Made by a program: the position numbers and the translations under genes. A stretch of 64,000 nucleotides of DNA from assembly GCF_006345805.1 (NCBI RefSeq), contig NC_042998.1, positions 128,092,001 to 128,156,000 of the forward strand. The letters are read 5' to 3'. The notes beneath the pieces were generated by a model. It was not told the origin of the DNA and searched no databases. It was given only the letters and a program-made list of their open reading frames with translations. The stretch comes from Octopus sinensis (lineage: Eukaryota). Positions 39,399 to 52,571 of this stretch are shown in pieces; within the stretch, counting starts at the first letter, position 1, and every line of letters starts with the position of its first letter.

Positions 39399-39434
39399 CT
39401 TTTACGTTTCGAGCCTACGCTCTTCAACAGAAAG
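39399..39434 (-). ncRNA. Minimal hammerhead variant (A6 to U) within a repeat at about 39190-39445
   Basis: Minus strand CUUU-CUGUUGA-A-GAGC-guag-GCUC-GAAA-CG-UA-AAAG. Stems I and II pair perfectly; ACGU palindrome in stem III. Confidence 0.6.
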
Positions 39435-39474
39435 GAAAACAAAGATATATATGTGAGTTTTACATGTATGTATA

Positions 39475-39484
<10 letters not shown>

Positions 39485-39557
<73 letters not shown>
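39485..39557. repeat. (TA)n microsatellite
   Basis: Perfect TA run. Confidence 0.97.
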
Positions 39558-39559
<2 letters not shown>

Positions 39560-40859
39560 CATGGGTGACACTGTTCATGTGACGGTGAGAATGTATATTC
39601 TTACTACTGTATTATAGGTGAATAACTCGAATTTCTAAATACAGTATTCTATATAATGTTTATTTCGCATTACTACATTTAAAGAACGGAAATTGACACG
39701 ACTACAGTAACCATATTATAAGTAATAAACGCATCCAAGAACAATATTAACAGAACAGTTTATGAATTAATAGCTTTTTTCAATGTTCAAAATGTATCAA
39801 TAACGTACAATCAGCACACTCTATAACGTTAAAATCAGAACACTCTATTACGTTAAAATTTAGTTTACAAAAATGCCTTTCTCAGAAGACAGAAAAAGCT
39901 TCAAGTTAACTTCTATAAATAGTAAATGCCTTCACATTCTTCGATATTGTGAGGTGAATAGCCAACAGAACGTTAATATTTTCCAAATGAATCTTCATAC
40001 ATGTTAAAAGATTTTGTGAATTAATGGAAGCTATCAATTAGAGAAAATTTCACGGATATTGTATATTTGTTTTCTTCGTTACTATGATGTATCGTACCTT
40101 TTTAACATTAGGATTGGAGTATTTGATTTGCGGAATTCGTTTACTTGTTGCTTATGGTATTTACTTGTTGCTTATGGCATATGTGTTATGAAATTTTTCT
40201 TTTCTGGCAAACACAAACGGAAGTAAAATAAGTGCTTTGGCTAAAAATCTCTAATTGTTACAAACACATCTTTTTGTTTACATTCACAACTTCGTTAGTG
40301 ACGTCATAAGACGCATTTTCAAGTTTTATTGACACATGAAACGCCTAGCAACAGAGATATCCAATCATATAACCCAAGTTATGTTATAATATGATTGGGC
40401 AGATTACTTTTGTTATTTCGTAATAATCGTTACGTAATGTGGTTATTTTGTGTCTTAACTGTTTGCTTTGCTTAGCAACGTTTTTGGACCAATTCGGAGA
40501 AATGTTTCTATACAAATAATATTGATTATTTTGCATGTATAATCCCAACGCCGAGAGTTTTCTTTTTCCCATGAATGTGTTAAGGATATTTTATTTTGCA
40601 TGATTCATTTATACTTTACTAAACTCAAGCCTTGCAAAGCAGAATAAATGTATGCACTCATTACTTTCACCTGGTTCATTTCCCCCTCCCCGATCACGAT
40701 TAAAATTACCAGTATAAGTGCTACTAAAATCGCATTCTGTATTATTGATAAAAATTCGTTACCAGTTCAAATATGTTTGAGACATTCGAACCCGCAAGAG
40801 AGCCATCCACTATATTTTGTCATGGCGAAAATTTCTCGCTGTAGACAAATAGATGGAAA

Positions 40860-41500
40860 TAGAGCGAGACTGCTCACAGTATCCTCTAACCAGACTGATG
40901 AATGCATGCGTTTTGGAATGATTATCTTCTCTTTAGTAACAGAGACCAGAATGGCAGACGTAGTGAACTGACACGAGAGACAGGTTCCTTCTTATGATGT
41001 GTGAGCTGACTCAGTGTATTTATACTTGTCTACAGCGAGGAATTTTCATTGTCAAAATACAGTGAATTGTTCGAATATGATTCAAGAAGATTTGAACTGG
41101 TAACAGGCTTGTACTTATAAACTTCACTGCTTAGCGCTGTCACTCTATATTCTATTTACGACAACCCGGTGAATAGCGCAACCAGTCATTGAACGATGAC
41201 GGGAATATACTAAGAGGGACATGTATGTCATGTTAGTTCGCAACGTCTGCTTTTCTGGCCTCTGTTGATGAAGAGGCGTTAACCACTCTGAAATGAATGC
41301 ATCCGACAGTCTTATGATGAGGCGCTGTGAGCTTACTCGGTGTATTTACACGTATTTGTCTACAGCAAGGAATGTTCTCTATGACAAAATAAAATAAATG
41401 GTTTTCTTACGGGTTTGAATATGCCTCATGCATATTTGAACTGTTAATAAGTTTGTATTCATACAACTTACTGCTTAGCGTTGTCACCCCGTAGTCAATA
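40860..41500. repeat. Diverged direct and inverted duplications containing two decayed hammerhead-like motifs
   Basis: The reverse complement of about 40870-40975 aligns to about 41232-41335; about 40990-41150 aligns directly to about 41310-41490. Confidence 0.6.
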
Positions 41501-42026
41501 TTTATTGGGTTTTTTCATGTAATTATCCTTCTATTTTTCCTACATAAAAATAAATTTATTTGATATCCTTGTTCTATATATTTATTGTTTTTTTCATGTA
41601 ATTATCCTTCCATTTTTCCTACATAAAAATACATTTATTTGATATCCTTGTTCTATCCTTTACTACCGTTCGAAGATTGGAAACGTGAAACGAATAGTAA
41701 AGTCTTCAGTTTTCAATATACATGTGTTAGATGATCCGACACTGCACAATCACTACACACACGCATGTACTTACTGACACCCCCACACACACACACAGAC
41801 GCACACACACACAAACACAGAAACACACACAAACACACACACATATACACACACACACGCAGTCACACTATTCAAACAAAACGAAAAGACTGTAATGATA
41901 CATTCGAATATATGAGTGGGCGAATTGAAGTTTGAAATCTAAAGTTCAACAGTTCAGTGCAAGTTTAACAAAGCATACCACCTTCACACATACACACATA
42001 CACACACACACACTCACACACACACA

Positions 42027-42139
<113 letters not shown>

Positions 42140-42455
42140 TCATTATCACACAATCAAACACTACTACCATGAACCAATTTAAATTTCATACATACACAAA
42201 GAATTGTAAATATAAATAGTGAAGCTAATTTCACCATAAGATACACAACAAAGAGCAAACAAGAAGAAATGTGATAGTCTGCATAAAACGAGTGGAAATG
42301 CTCTCAATGATAAGGTCAAATGTGGCAAACGAATTTTGACAAAGCAATTACTTATTTAATTAATTAATTATTTAATTAGTTATGCAAATACTTATTGATA
42401 ATGCAGAAGGAATATACTAGCCCTTGTTCAATTGCAGCAATGCAAAAATACATTA

Positions 42456-42457
<2 letters not shown>

Positions 42458-42524
<67 letters not shown>

Positions 42525-42526
42525 TT

Positions 42527-42621
<95 letters not shown>
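42458..42621. repeat. (AGAT)n/(AGAC)n microsatellite
   Basis: Direct reading. Confidence 0.95.
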
Positions 42622-42629
42622 GGTTATAC

Positions 42630-42670
<41 letters not shown>

Positions 42671-45009
42671 CACACATATTTATGAATGAGAAAAAGAAGA
42701 AAATAGAAATTGATGTGTAGATATCAGTTTATTCAAAGATATCCAAATCAATATAATATGAAATTTTTATCTCTACAGCCGTTTACATATCCATTTAATT
42801 CAAATAGAGAAATTAAGTTAAATTAATTTAAAATTTTTCATATTGGAACTGGTTAATTGGTTATTTCATTAGGGCAGGATTTCCAGAAAGGAGTTGCATT
42901 CCAATGTGTTGGTCGACCCTTGACAGACTCAGATGTGTACATTTTGGTAAGGATAGGTTTTTAAAAAAAAAACTCATGAGTATAAATATACATACTTATA
43001 AACAAATATATTTTATGTATATGTATGAAATATGGATGATATAGTGGTGTCCGTGCGTTTGTTTACATATTAATTGTTATTGGTGGTGGTGTTGCAGTTA
43101 GGGTGAAGTAGGTGTTAGAGAGATTGAAAGAGAGAGAGAGAGAGAGAGATAGGTTAGGAGAGAGAGGGGGGAGAGACGATTAACATTTGTCATGTAATTG
43201 CGCGTGCGTTTGTTAAAATATGGAAGCCAACAAAAAATATGACGTATCAAAAACTGCTAATTATTTATCGCATTATAGTATCGCGTTATCCATATTTGTG
43301 CGCAATAGTTATGTTCATTACAACTATGCAAACAAAGGAAAACTTAAACGTTTTTAACCTTACTTACCCTATCCTTATTCCTATACCTGGCAGTTTGATT
43401 AAAATCTTTACTAACATGAGAAATATTCATGTTGTTAGCGATACCGATGTTCATATTTTTAGGATGATACTTCAATTTTTGTTTATACACAGCTTGGCTG
43501 AAAGCCACATTATAAAATTCAGCATATTTATCAAAAATATCCTTATTAGACGATAGATTGGAAATTCTTTTAGATATTATAAACCAAAAACAGTTTTACA
43601 CAACTGGGATGATTACTCTCGACATTTATATACGTAAGATTGGAGTTGGGCTTATGGTACGGCTCATAGTTGCCAGTAATAAGATTGAGATAAATATCTA
43701 GGAAGTTAACAAATTCATGCTTATTTTCTATCGTTTTAGGGAATCCAAAACTCTTTTTTAAACTCTGTAAAACTTTTTATATATTTCCAATTTCCTATTA
43801 GATAGGCTCCTAATGGTAAAGATGGCATTTTCCCTATATAAACCTCCCGCAGTAACTTCGGCAGAATCCGCTGAGTCCATGGCTATATGAAAGCCATCTC
43901 TACTTGTTTTCAAACTCTACAATAGTTCTTCTGGCGGCTAAAATGACATTAATTTCATTCATATTTATATTCGAGTTACTTTTTGCGAATAAAAGGACTT
44001 TATTTAAAATTATTTGGTTAATTGAAGAGTAATAGCTATCAATATCTACTAGCATGAACTTATTCCTACTTGTATATTTAATGCCATTAAACTAATCTTT
44101 ATACTGCATAGGTATTATACAAGAGTTGCAACAATCTTTTCTTCAAGAACTAGTATATATTTATCTAAAATAGCTTTACTAAGTTTACCCAGATCATATT
44201 TTCCTAGGCAAACCAGTCTAATTTTCGGGTTACTACAAAAACTTCCCTTGTGATCCTTTAAAATAATTCTCGGTCTTTTAGGAATGAAACGTTCAGTTTT
44301 ATCATTCGTGTGTGTGTTTGTCTGTGTGTGTGTGTATGTGCGTGTATTAGATATTTTATATTCGTGCGAGTGTGTTAAAGGTTTAACAAAGTAAGTTATG
44401 AGAAATAGTGCAAGTTGATGTTTTCTACTTTTACCTTGTATTTCAATATTTCGGGATTAGTACTCCTTTTTCAGGAAATCTTCGGAGGCTGACGTCACAT
44501 AGGAGGCTTAGTCATATAGGATACATACATACACAGACGCACACACATGCATATATGTATGTACATGCATATATGTATATACATTTATGTATATACAAGC
44601 ATATAATATACTTATGAATAATGCTCATATTCTCACACAAATATATATCATAATATCCATATACATATAAATTATAAATATATACATCCCTATATTCACA
44701 CACGCATACACCCAGATATATATATATACATGCATATACGACACAAATATGACGTCGTTAATATGAAGTGGCGTATTCAGTAGTGTTAATATTGACTGAT
44801 TTTTTTCATAGCGAGATATCCAATCATATACAAATGATTAGAATATTTGATGTGTGCTATATCTGTCATGTTAACGATAACCTGCAAACATGATATCAAA
44901 TAATGTAATTACATATAAAAATAATCTGATTGCCTTCAAACCTACAGGGAAAGAGTAAAATACAAGGATCTTTATGGAAACGTGCTCTTCCCATTGTGGT
45001 CGTAACATT

Positions 45010-45094
<85 letters not shown>

Positions 45095-45214
45095 ATGTAT
45101 ATATATATATGTATATATATATATGTGTGTGTGTGAATGTATATATATATATATATTCACACACGTACGCATGCGCGGGCGCAGACACACACACGCACTC
45201 ACATTATGCTAGTA

Positions 45215-45915
45215 TACGAGGTTTGATCAATATGTATCCGGACTGGTGCTATAAAAACAAAACTACAACACATACCAATTTGGCATTTAATCTCCTTCAA
45301 AGTAGTCCCCTTCGGAAGCCACACACTGAATCCAGCGTTGTTTCCATTGATGTAAGCATTGCTGGAACTCGTTTTCTGGGCTAATCAGCAGCTGCCTCGT
45401 CGTATTTTCTCGACGTCCTGAAATCTTCCTTTCAAGCGGGATTTGAAATTTGGAAAGAGGAAAAAGTCGCAATGAGCGAGATCCGCGGAATACGGTGGCT
45501 GTCGGGCCTGGGGAATGCCGTGCTTAGCCAAAACTACTGCACAATGCGTTGTTGGCTGAAAGCAGTTTTGGCACAAACTTGGCAGATACACACCTCATAC
45601 CCAAATCTTCATTGATAATGGACTGAGCTGAATCGTTACTAATTTGTACATCTGCTAACTCACGGATGGTGATTCGAGGATTTCCCCTCACAGCTACACG
45701 CGCATCTGCGATGTTTTTCTCAGTTCTACTGGTTGCGGGTCTCCTAGGAAGTTCGTCACTGTCGACATTTTTTCTGCTCATACGCTACCCTTCATACACT
45801 TCCTGCAAATTTGAGTAGGCCTCTGCGCAGGTATCACAAAGCTTTTGGCAAAATTTGATGCAGATTCTCTGCTCAACTTTCTCTGTCATAGTAAATGTGA
45901 CGAGACAAACAGCTA
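45215..45915 (-). mobile_element. Decayed mariner transposon
   Basis: TA-cgaggtttgatcaa terminus; QPPYSADLAHCDFFLFP, QWKQRWIQCVASEGDYFEGD and GNPRITIRELA motifs in broken frames. Confidence 0.88.
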
Positions 45916-46241
45916 TAAAATGTTGTTGCTGATATCAGACTTGGCACCCAACTGATAATTTATTATCGCACCTAAATATACAAGAAAAATTATTTCTTTT
46001 TGGCCAGTTATAGTCTAGCCACTGATTTTTTTGTATGATATAAATTTGACCATACAAACACGCCCATTTGTAATATGTATGTTATTCAGTGTTCTTCAAA
46101 ATTTTACACACAATTCTGAAGAATCTTATTCAACATGTTATCAAGTTAACCTGAATGCTATGTGGAAAGAAACCAATTGCATGATTCAGTAAAAATGAGT
46201 TAGCTGAAGAAGGCAATTGTATATTTTTTTAATGGGGTGGG

Positions 46242-46400
46242 TTTATACAGAAGGATCAGTTAATTATGATTTTATTCAACATATTTCCTTCTCAGATCCA
46301 CACACATATTGCAGTGGTCTTTCAGTTTTTCTAAGCCATGTAAAAGAATTCGAAAGTGTGAGTCTCCAACCAGGCCGTTTGCAAAACCCTTAAAGCCAAG
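46242..46400 (-). mobile_element. Mariner C-terminal fragment
   Basis: Minus frame ...HGLEKLKDHCNMCVDLRRKYVE* resembles the mariner terminus G+.KL..RW.KC+...G.YVE. Confidence 0.55.
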
Positions 46401-46917
46401 AACTTTTCAACACAACATCGTATATTGTGACTAATGTCTGTATTTGTTGGCAAAACCCATTTTTTAAATATATATATATACTCGAAAAAATGCAATACGT
46501 CAACGTTTTCAGAAGACCATTCTATTGAACAGGTTTGATTTTGTCTATTAGTTGGTCCTACAAATGCATTATACAAAAAATATTTTCTATGTGAGCTGAG
46601 ACTACTCTGACAAAATTTACCGATTATCTTCGCAATATATACGAACAGATTTTATCTGCCTTCCTAATATTAATAGTTCTTTTGTGTGCGTCTCTCATCT
46701 TCAGTATCTAGTCAGCAACATTACTATGTCTCTCAAACCAATTAACATGAACGTACAGTAGCTTTTCATCAGCCCCTCAAACTATTTATCAAATCAATAT
46801 CACAAAGATTGTATTATGACCCATATATACTGTATTTCTGATCAAATTTTCAAATTTTCAAATTTGCTGTCATTATTTATTAACAGATCATACATCTAAC
46901 ATTTGCAGAACGTAGTG

Positions 46918-47100
46918 TATGCACATACATACATTCATACATACATACATACATACATACATACATACATACATACATACATACATAAATACATACATTC
47001 ATAAATACATACATTCATACATACATACATACATACATACATACATACATACATACATACATACATACGTGCATACATGCTTACTTACATACATACATAC
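46918..47100. repeat. (ACAT)n microsatellite
   Basis: Direct reading. Confidence 0.95.
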
Positions 47101-48852
47101 GAGCATAGACACATACGCATCCACATACGCGCATGCATGTACACACACACATACATATATACCCAAATTTTCCATCATATTAACTGACTACCTTAGTAAT
47201 TATGAAATTAAAATGAGAAACATGGTAAATATCGATACATAAAAATTGAAACGGGCATTTAACATTCATGAAACATTGATTTACACATTTTATACTGTAA
47301 CTATCATGATATAAATTCAATGTATTCAATGTATTCAACATAAACCTTAGTGCAAAGAATATGGCTCAGGCCATTTATCACATTCGTTGCTGCATTTAGC
47401 GCGTGTGTGATAAGCCTAAATAGCACTATACCTCAGTGTTTGAAAGATATTATTTCTTTAAGATATTTATTTAAAAGGAATTTGTGAAAGGCTTCTCATT
47501 GAAGAAGAACATTTAAGAAGTAAAATGCTAAGAAAAGTGCAACAAAGATCTCCTCTACTGAGTTGTCTGCTCTGCCGCGCAATTCTATTGTTTGATCGAT
47601 TTTGAAATTCAGTAGCTAATCTTGTCCATCAGACTATCATTAACAATCGAATATAGTCACTAGTGACTAGGAGAGGGAGATCTGAATCAGCAAAACTTGA
47701 TAGAGTGAGAGAAATAACAACTTTGTATGCCGTGAGACAGTTTTTCATTGAAGAATGATGAGATATGATAAAATAGTCGATAAAAGGATAAGATAGTTTG
47801 GGGCAACAGGAATGAGTTGTAAGAGATAAAGAAGGAAAGAGAGGAAAAGAGGAAAATGGCCAGTGTAAGGGAGGTCAATAATGAGTTAGAAAAAATGGAA
47901 ATAAGGAAAGAAAGAAAATAATAAAAATATCTTATAAAGAAATATTTCATATACGTATTTTCGCATAAACTAGCTTTAGAGTAACTCATTTTATCTATAT
48001 ATTATCTGAAAGGAATCCATATAAGTTATCTGAAATAAAATCATTGTGGGGAACAGAAATCATAAGCTATAATCATTTATAATCTTAAAATGAACATCAC
48101 TGTTATTATCTTGTTTGGCAAAGGTTCTTTCTATCATCACCTAAAAAAAAAATTTTGACAGGACTACAATTTTTTCGTAATGATATATAGTACGTGAGTC
48201 CTAAACAAAAATAAATCAAATTTTGTTCAATGTATTTCACACATTCAGATTAAATAAAACTCTATTATTGGAACAAATTGAGTGGTATTAAATACAGCTC
48301 CTTTTGTTGTCGTTACAAATTATGTATGAGATATAATTCATTTAGAAATGACTTGAAGACAGTTTTCGTGTTAGTGTATTTCGAAAATCTTAATTTGGAT
48401 AGCTTCCATACTTCTCACTAAATTATACCTAAAGAAAGGTATGGACTAAGGCTGCAAGCAAAAGAAACTCTTTCCATGTGCTTAAATTTGTAGCTCCTTA
48501 TAGCTGTAAGCTGCATCTGCTCATAACTGAACCAACAAGGGTTTTACAAAGTTATTCAATCTTCTAGAAATAACAACCAAATCACCCTCAAACCACACAG
48601 CCTCGTCTTAAAAGGGTCAAGCTGGATAATGTGATCCTGTATTCTTAGCACATAGAAAATCTATTGGATGGTCACAGCTGAAATGTCATTAATCGTAGGG
48701 TTGCTTGGCCTACAACACCTGGTCCGTATATTCCTTCAGAGAGACCCACTCTGCTGGAAGCAACGTTACGAGAACCACTCTTCCTCTTTTAAGTCATAAT
48801 ATATATATATAAGAGAATAAGGTGTACGTATATATATATATATCCTTATTTC

Positions 48853-49110
48853 GGGGTCGATTAAATAAGTACCAGTTACATAATGGGGTCGATATAATCA
48901 ACTTAATCTGTTTATCTTTCCTTGTTTGTCCTCTCTGTGTTTAGCCCCTTGTGGGTTGTAAAGAAATAGGTATTTTGTCGTCGCTAAGTTTTGAGTTCAA
49001 ACTCCGCCGATGTCGACTTCGCCTTTCATCCTTTCAGGGTCAATAAATACTAGTTGAACACTGGAGTCAATGTAATCGACTCATCTCCACTTACTCCAAG
49101 CTGTGGAATA
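48853..49110 (+). mobile_element. Two partial SINE family 1 units in tandem
   Basis: ggggtcgattaaataagtaccagtt...gcccccttgtggg is followed by a second gagttcaaactccgccgatgtcgacttcgcctttcatcc. Confidence 0.75.
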
Positions 49111-49143
49111 ATTTGAGATGATAATAATAATAATATAATAATA

Positions 49144-49194
<51 letters not shown>

Positions 49195-49200
49195 TTGATG

Positions 49201-49232
<32 letters not shown>

Positions 49233-49254
49233 GACGATGATGATGATGATGATG

Positions 49255-49625
49255 ATGTGTGCATCTCTGATCACGAGCAGAAGTAGTGGTGGGGGGTCAT
49301 CATAGCCATGTGTTGAGAGGGATTCTTTGGGGTTTGAATAATTCACCTCTGGAAACATGGGTGGTTCTTTCAACATCCTTAAACAACCCTTATTCAGGGA
49401 CCTTTTGAGCGGAATGGGCTACTCAACCTGAAGAAAATTCTAACTGGGCCCCACCTGCAAGGTCATGTGCTGTTTATCTTTATATGAGATCACCATGTCG
49501 CGCACATATGGTTGTGATGCATGTGCTTGGTGTACCCTTATCAGACGGGTAGTCATGATGGGTATATTGGGCTTCGTATATTTTACCCCAGTGTCACTTT
49601 AATGGCATGAACTGCTCTCTCACTC
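49255..49625 (+). mobile_element. 550-bp element, copy 2 (truncated)
   Basis: Begins at gtgcatctctgatcacgag after (GAT)n and ends ctctctcactc-(AAT)n. Confidence 0.9.
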
Positions 49626-49784
49626 AATAATAATAAGAAGAAGAAGAAGAAGAAGAAGAAGAAAAGAAGAAGAAGAAGAAGAAGAAGAAGAAGAAGAAGA
49701 AGAACAACAACAACAACAACAACAACACAACAACAATAATAATAATAATAATCATAATAATAATAATAATCATAATAATAATAA

Positions 49785-50707
49785 TATTCCAGGGAGATAC
49801 GCTCTTTCCCTCCTTTTCTGCTTGGCACTGTCACCTCTATCGGATATACTAAACAGAACTGGATGCGGATATAAATGTTACGGCAAAACGATCAGCCACC
49901 TTTTATATATGGATGACCTAAAACTATACGCTACAAATGACAAACAGCTGGAAACACTACTAAAGACAGTTCATGGATTTACCAAAGAAATAGATATGAA
50001 ATTTGGATTAGAGAAATGCGCCAAAGTAACCCTGAAAAGAGGAAAACTAGTTAAGAGTAGCAACATCACACTAGATAAAACCAATGAAATAAAAGAATTA
50101 GACCAAAACCAAACTTACAAATACTTAGGAATCCATGAACTAGATAAGACACAACACACACAAATGAAAGAGAAAATAAAAAATATTATAGACGAGTTAG
50201 ATTAATACTAAAAACAGAGTTCAATGCTAAAAACAAGATAATAGGTATCAACACTTTAGCTGTCCCAGTTATATGTTACAGCTACAATATCCTTAACTGG
50301 ACACTAAATGAACTGACCAAAATAGATAGGAAAACAAGAAAAATAATGACAGGATCTAGGATGCATCACCCAAAATCTGACATAGAAAGGCTATATATAC
50401 AACGTATAGAAGGTGGTAGAGGCCTTATACAACTGGAAAACTACTATAAAATAACCACCATAGGACTGCAAAAATATCTACTTCAGAAGGGAGGAAAACT
50501 GATACAAATAGCGGCAAAACACGAGCAAAACAAAAAAACTGTTCTCAGTATTTAAGGAAGCTGACAAGTACAAACAAGAAATCATACCACCTAACAAATA
50601 TGAAGAAGAAGAAGAAGAAGAAGAAGAAGAAGAAGAAGAAGAAGAAGAAGAAGAAGAAGAAGAAGAAGAAGAAGAAGAAGAAGAAGAAGAAGAAGAAGAA
50701 GAAGAAG

Positions 50708-50739
<32 letters not shown>

Positions 50740-51674
50740 GAAGCAACTAAAGCTATAAAACAAATGAAATCCAAACTAAAAATAGAACAGCAACGAACCA
50801 TGATAAAACGATGGCAAGAAAAGCCCTTTCATGGTAAATACTGGACTAAACTAAATGCAAAAGAAATAGACAAAGAAAAATCCCAGCAATGGTTGAGAAG
50901 CTCAGGACTCAAAGCAGAACAGAAGGATTTTTAAGTGCAGCACAAGAAATTACCAAAAACATGTAATAAAAGAAATATAACAAGTAACTGCAGAATATGT
51001 GGAGATGGACAAGAAACAATAAATCATATTATCTCTGGCTGCCCAGTCCTGGCTAAGAAGGAATATATTCACAGACACGACAGAGTTGGGACCTATATAC
51101 ACTGGAAACTATGCCAACATTATGAAATAACAACAGAAAAAAGATGGTATAGGCACACACCAGAAAAGGTCACAGAAAACGAGAAAGCAACCATACTCTG
51201 GGATATGCCAATACACACAGATAGAGAAATTAAGGCCAACAGACCAGATATAGTTGTCAGAGATCATGAAGAAAAAAAATGTTTTCTAATTGATGTATCA
51301 TTACCAGCGGATGACAACGTGTCTCTAAAAGAAATGGAGAAACTTTCAAAATACAAAGACCTGGAAATAGAGGTAACCAGAATGTGGAATCTAAAAACAG
51401 AAACAATTCCTATCATAATAGGTGCATTAGGCATGATAAAAAAATATTCAGACAAATACATAACAAAAACACCAGGACTTACAAACACTTATAACATACA
51501 GAAAATTGCACTACTAGGCTCTGCACACATCCTACGCAGAACACTTTCCATACAATAACCATCAGAGCATCACAACAAATCACAGCACATACCCAAGGCA
51601 CACAGAGCTGCGCTCGATAGTGAAGTGAAAGCACGCTATAAAAATAAAACTACTGAAGAATAATAATAATAATA
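49785..51674 (+). mobile_element. 5'-truncated R4/Dong-like LINE (family A): RT end, zinc knuckle and restriction-like endonuclease
   Basis: IFQGD.LSPLLF, SHLLYMDDLKLY, YKYLG, CRICGDGQETINHIISGC, RHD, NRPDIVV, LIDVS, EKLSKYKDL; (TAA)n tail; frameshifted. Confidence 0.93.
50602..50736. repeat. (GAA)45 perfect repeat inside the LINE ORF
   Basis: 135 bp, in frame as poly-Glu between PPNKY and VEATKAIK. Confidence 0.95.
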
Positions 51675-52224
51675 AACGTGCAACCACGTGAGCGTGTAAA
51701 ACCGTTAAGGTGATTAAATATATCAAATTAAATGTTGATATTTTTTACATTTGTTTATTTCATTTCAACATATATTGTAAGAATTATAATATATAACATA
51801 TATTATAAGAATTTTAAAATTATTAAATTTATATGATAATCGGTAACCTAATCCAAATATTCGAAAATTTTATACTAGAATCTTCTTGTTATTTTCAACC
51901 TTATTTTCAATATCATGATTATGTTTACGAAATTTATAACATTAGAAAGGAAACAAAAATCCTGAGATATGAATAAACATTAATTAAATAAAAATTAATT
52001 CTATGAACCGAAGTCCTACATGATTAAATGTAACTCAGATAAATACATAAAAATCTATCTCATAAATACATGTGTATATGAGCGAGAATACTACCTGCCT
52101 TAATACAATCAGCCCCGAATATGTATAAATGTATATGTGTGTATGTATGTCTGTGCATACATGTATATGCATACATGTGTGTGTGCGTGTGCGTGTGTAC
52201 CTATGTATGTATATATGTATGTAC

Positions 52225-52540
52225 GTGAAGGCGCTTGGCTTAGTGGTTGCGATTTTCGGCTCACGATCTTTGAGTTCAATTCCCGGAGACGCGTTGTGCC
52301 CTTGAGCAAAACACTTTATTTCACGTTGCTCCAGTCCACTCAGCTGGCAAACATAAGTGGTACCTGTATTTCAAAGGACCAGCCTTGTCACATTCTGTGC
52401 CACGTTGAATCTCGCTGAGAACTGAGTCAATGGTACACGTGTCCGCGGAGTGCTTGACCGCTTGCATGTTAATTTCACGAGCAGGCTGCTCCGTTAATCG
52501 AATCAGCTGGGACCCTCGTCGTCATAACCGACGGAGTGCT
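52225..52540 (+). mobile_element. tRNA-derived SINE (family 3 head, different tail)
   Basis: gtgaaggcgcttggcttagtgg...gagttcaattccc...cttgagcaaaacactttatttcacgttgctccag, followed by an (ATGT)n tail. Confidence 0.85.
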
Positions 52541-52571
52541 CCTATGTATGTACGTACATATGTATGTATGT

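Noticed and set aside
47654-47669. Perfect 16-bp palindrome tagtcactagtgacta
   Set aside because: It is isolated, with no associated feature, and could arise by chance or local fold-back.
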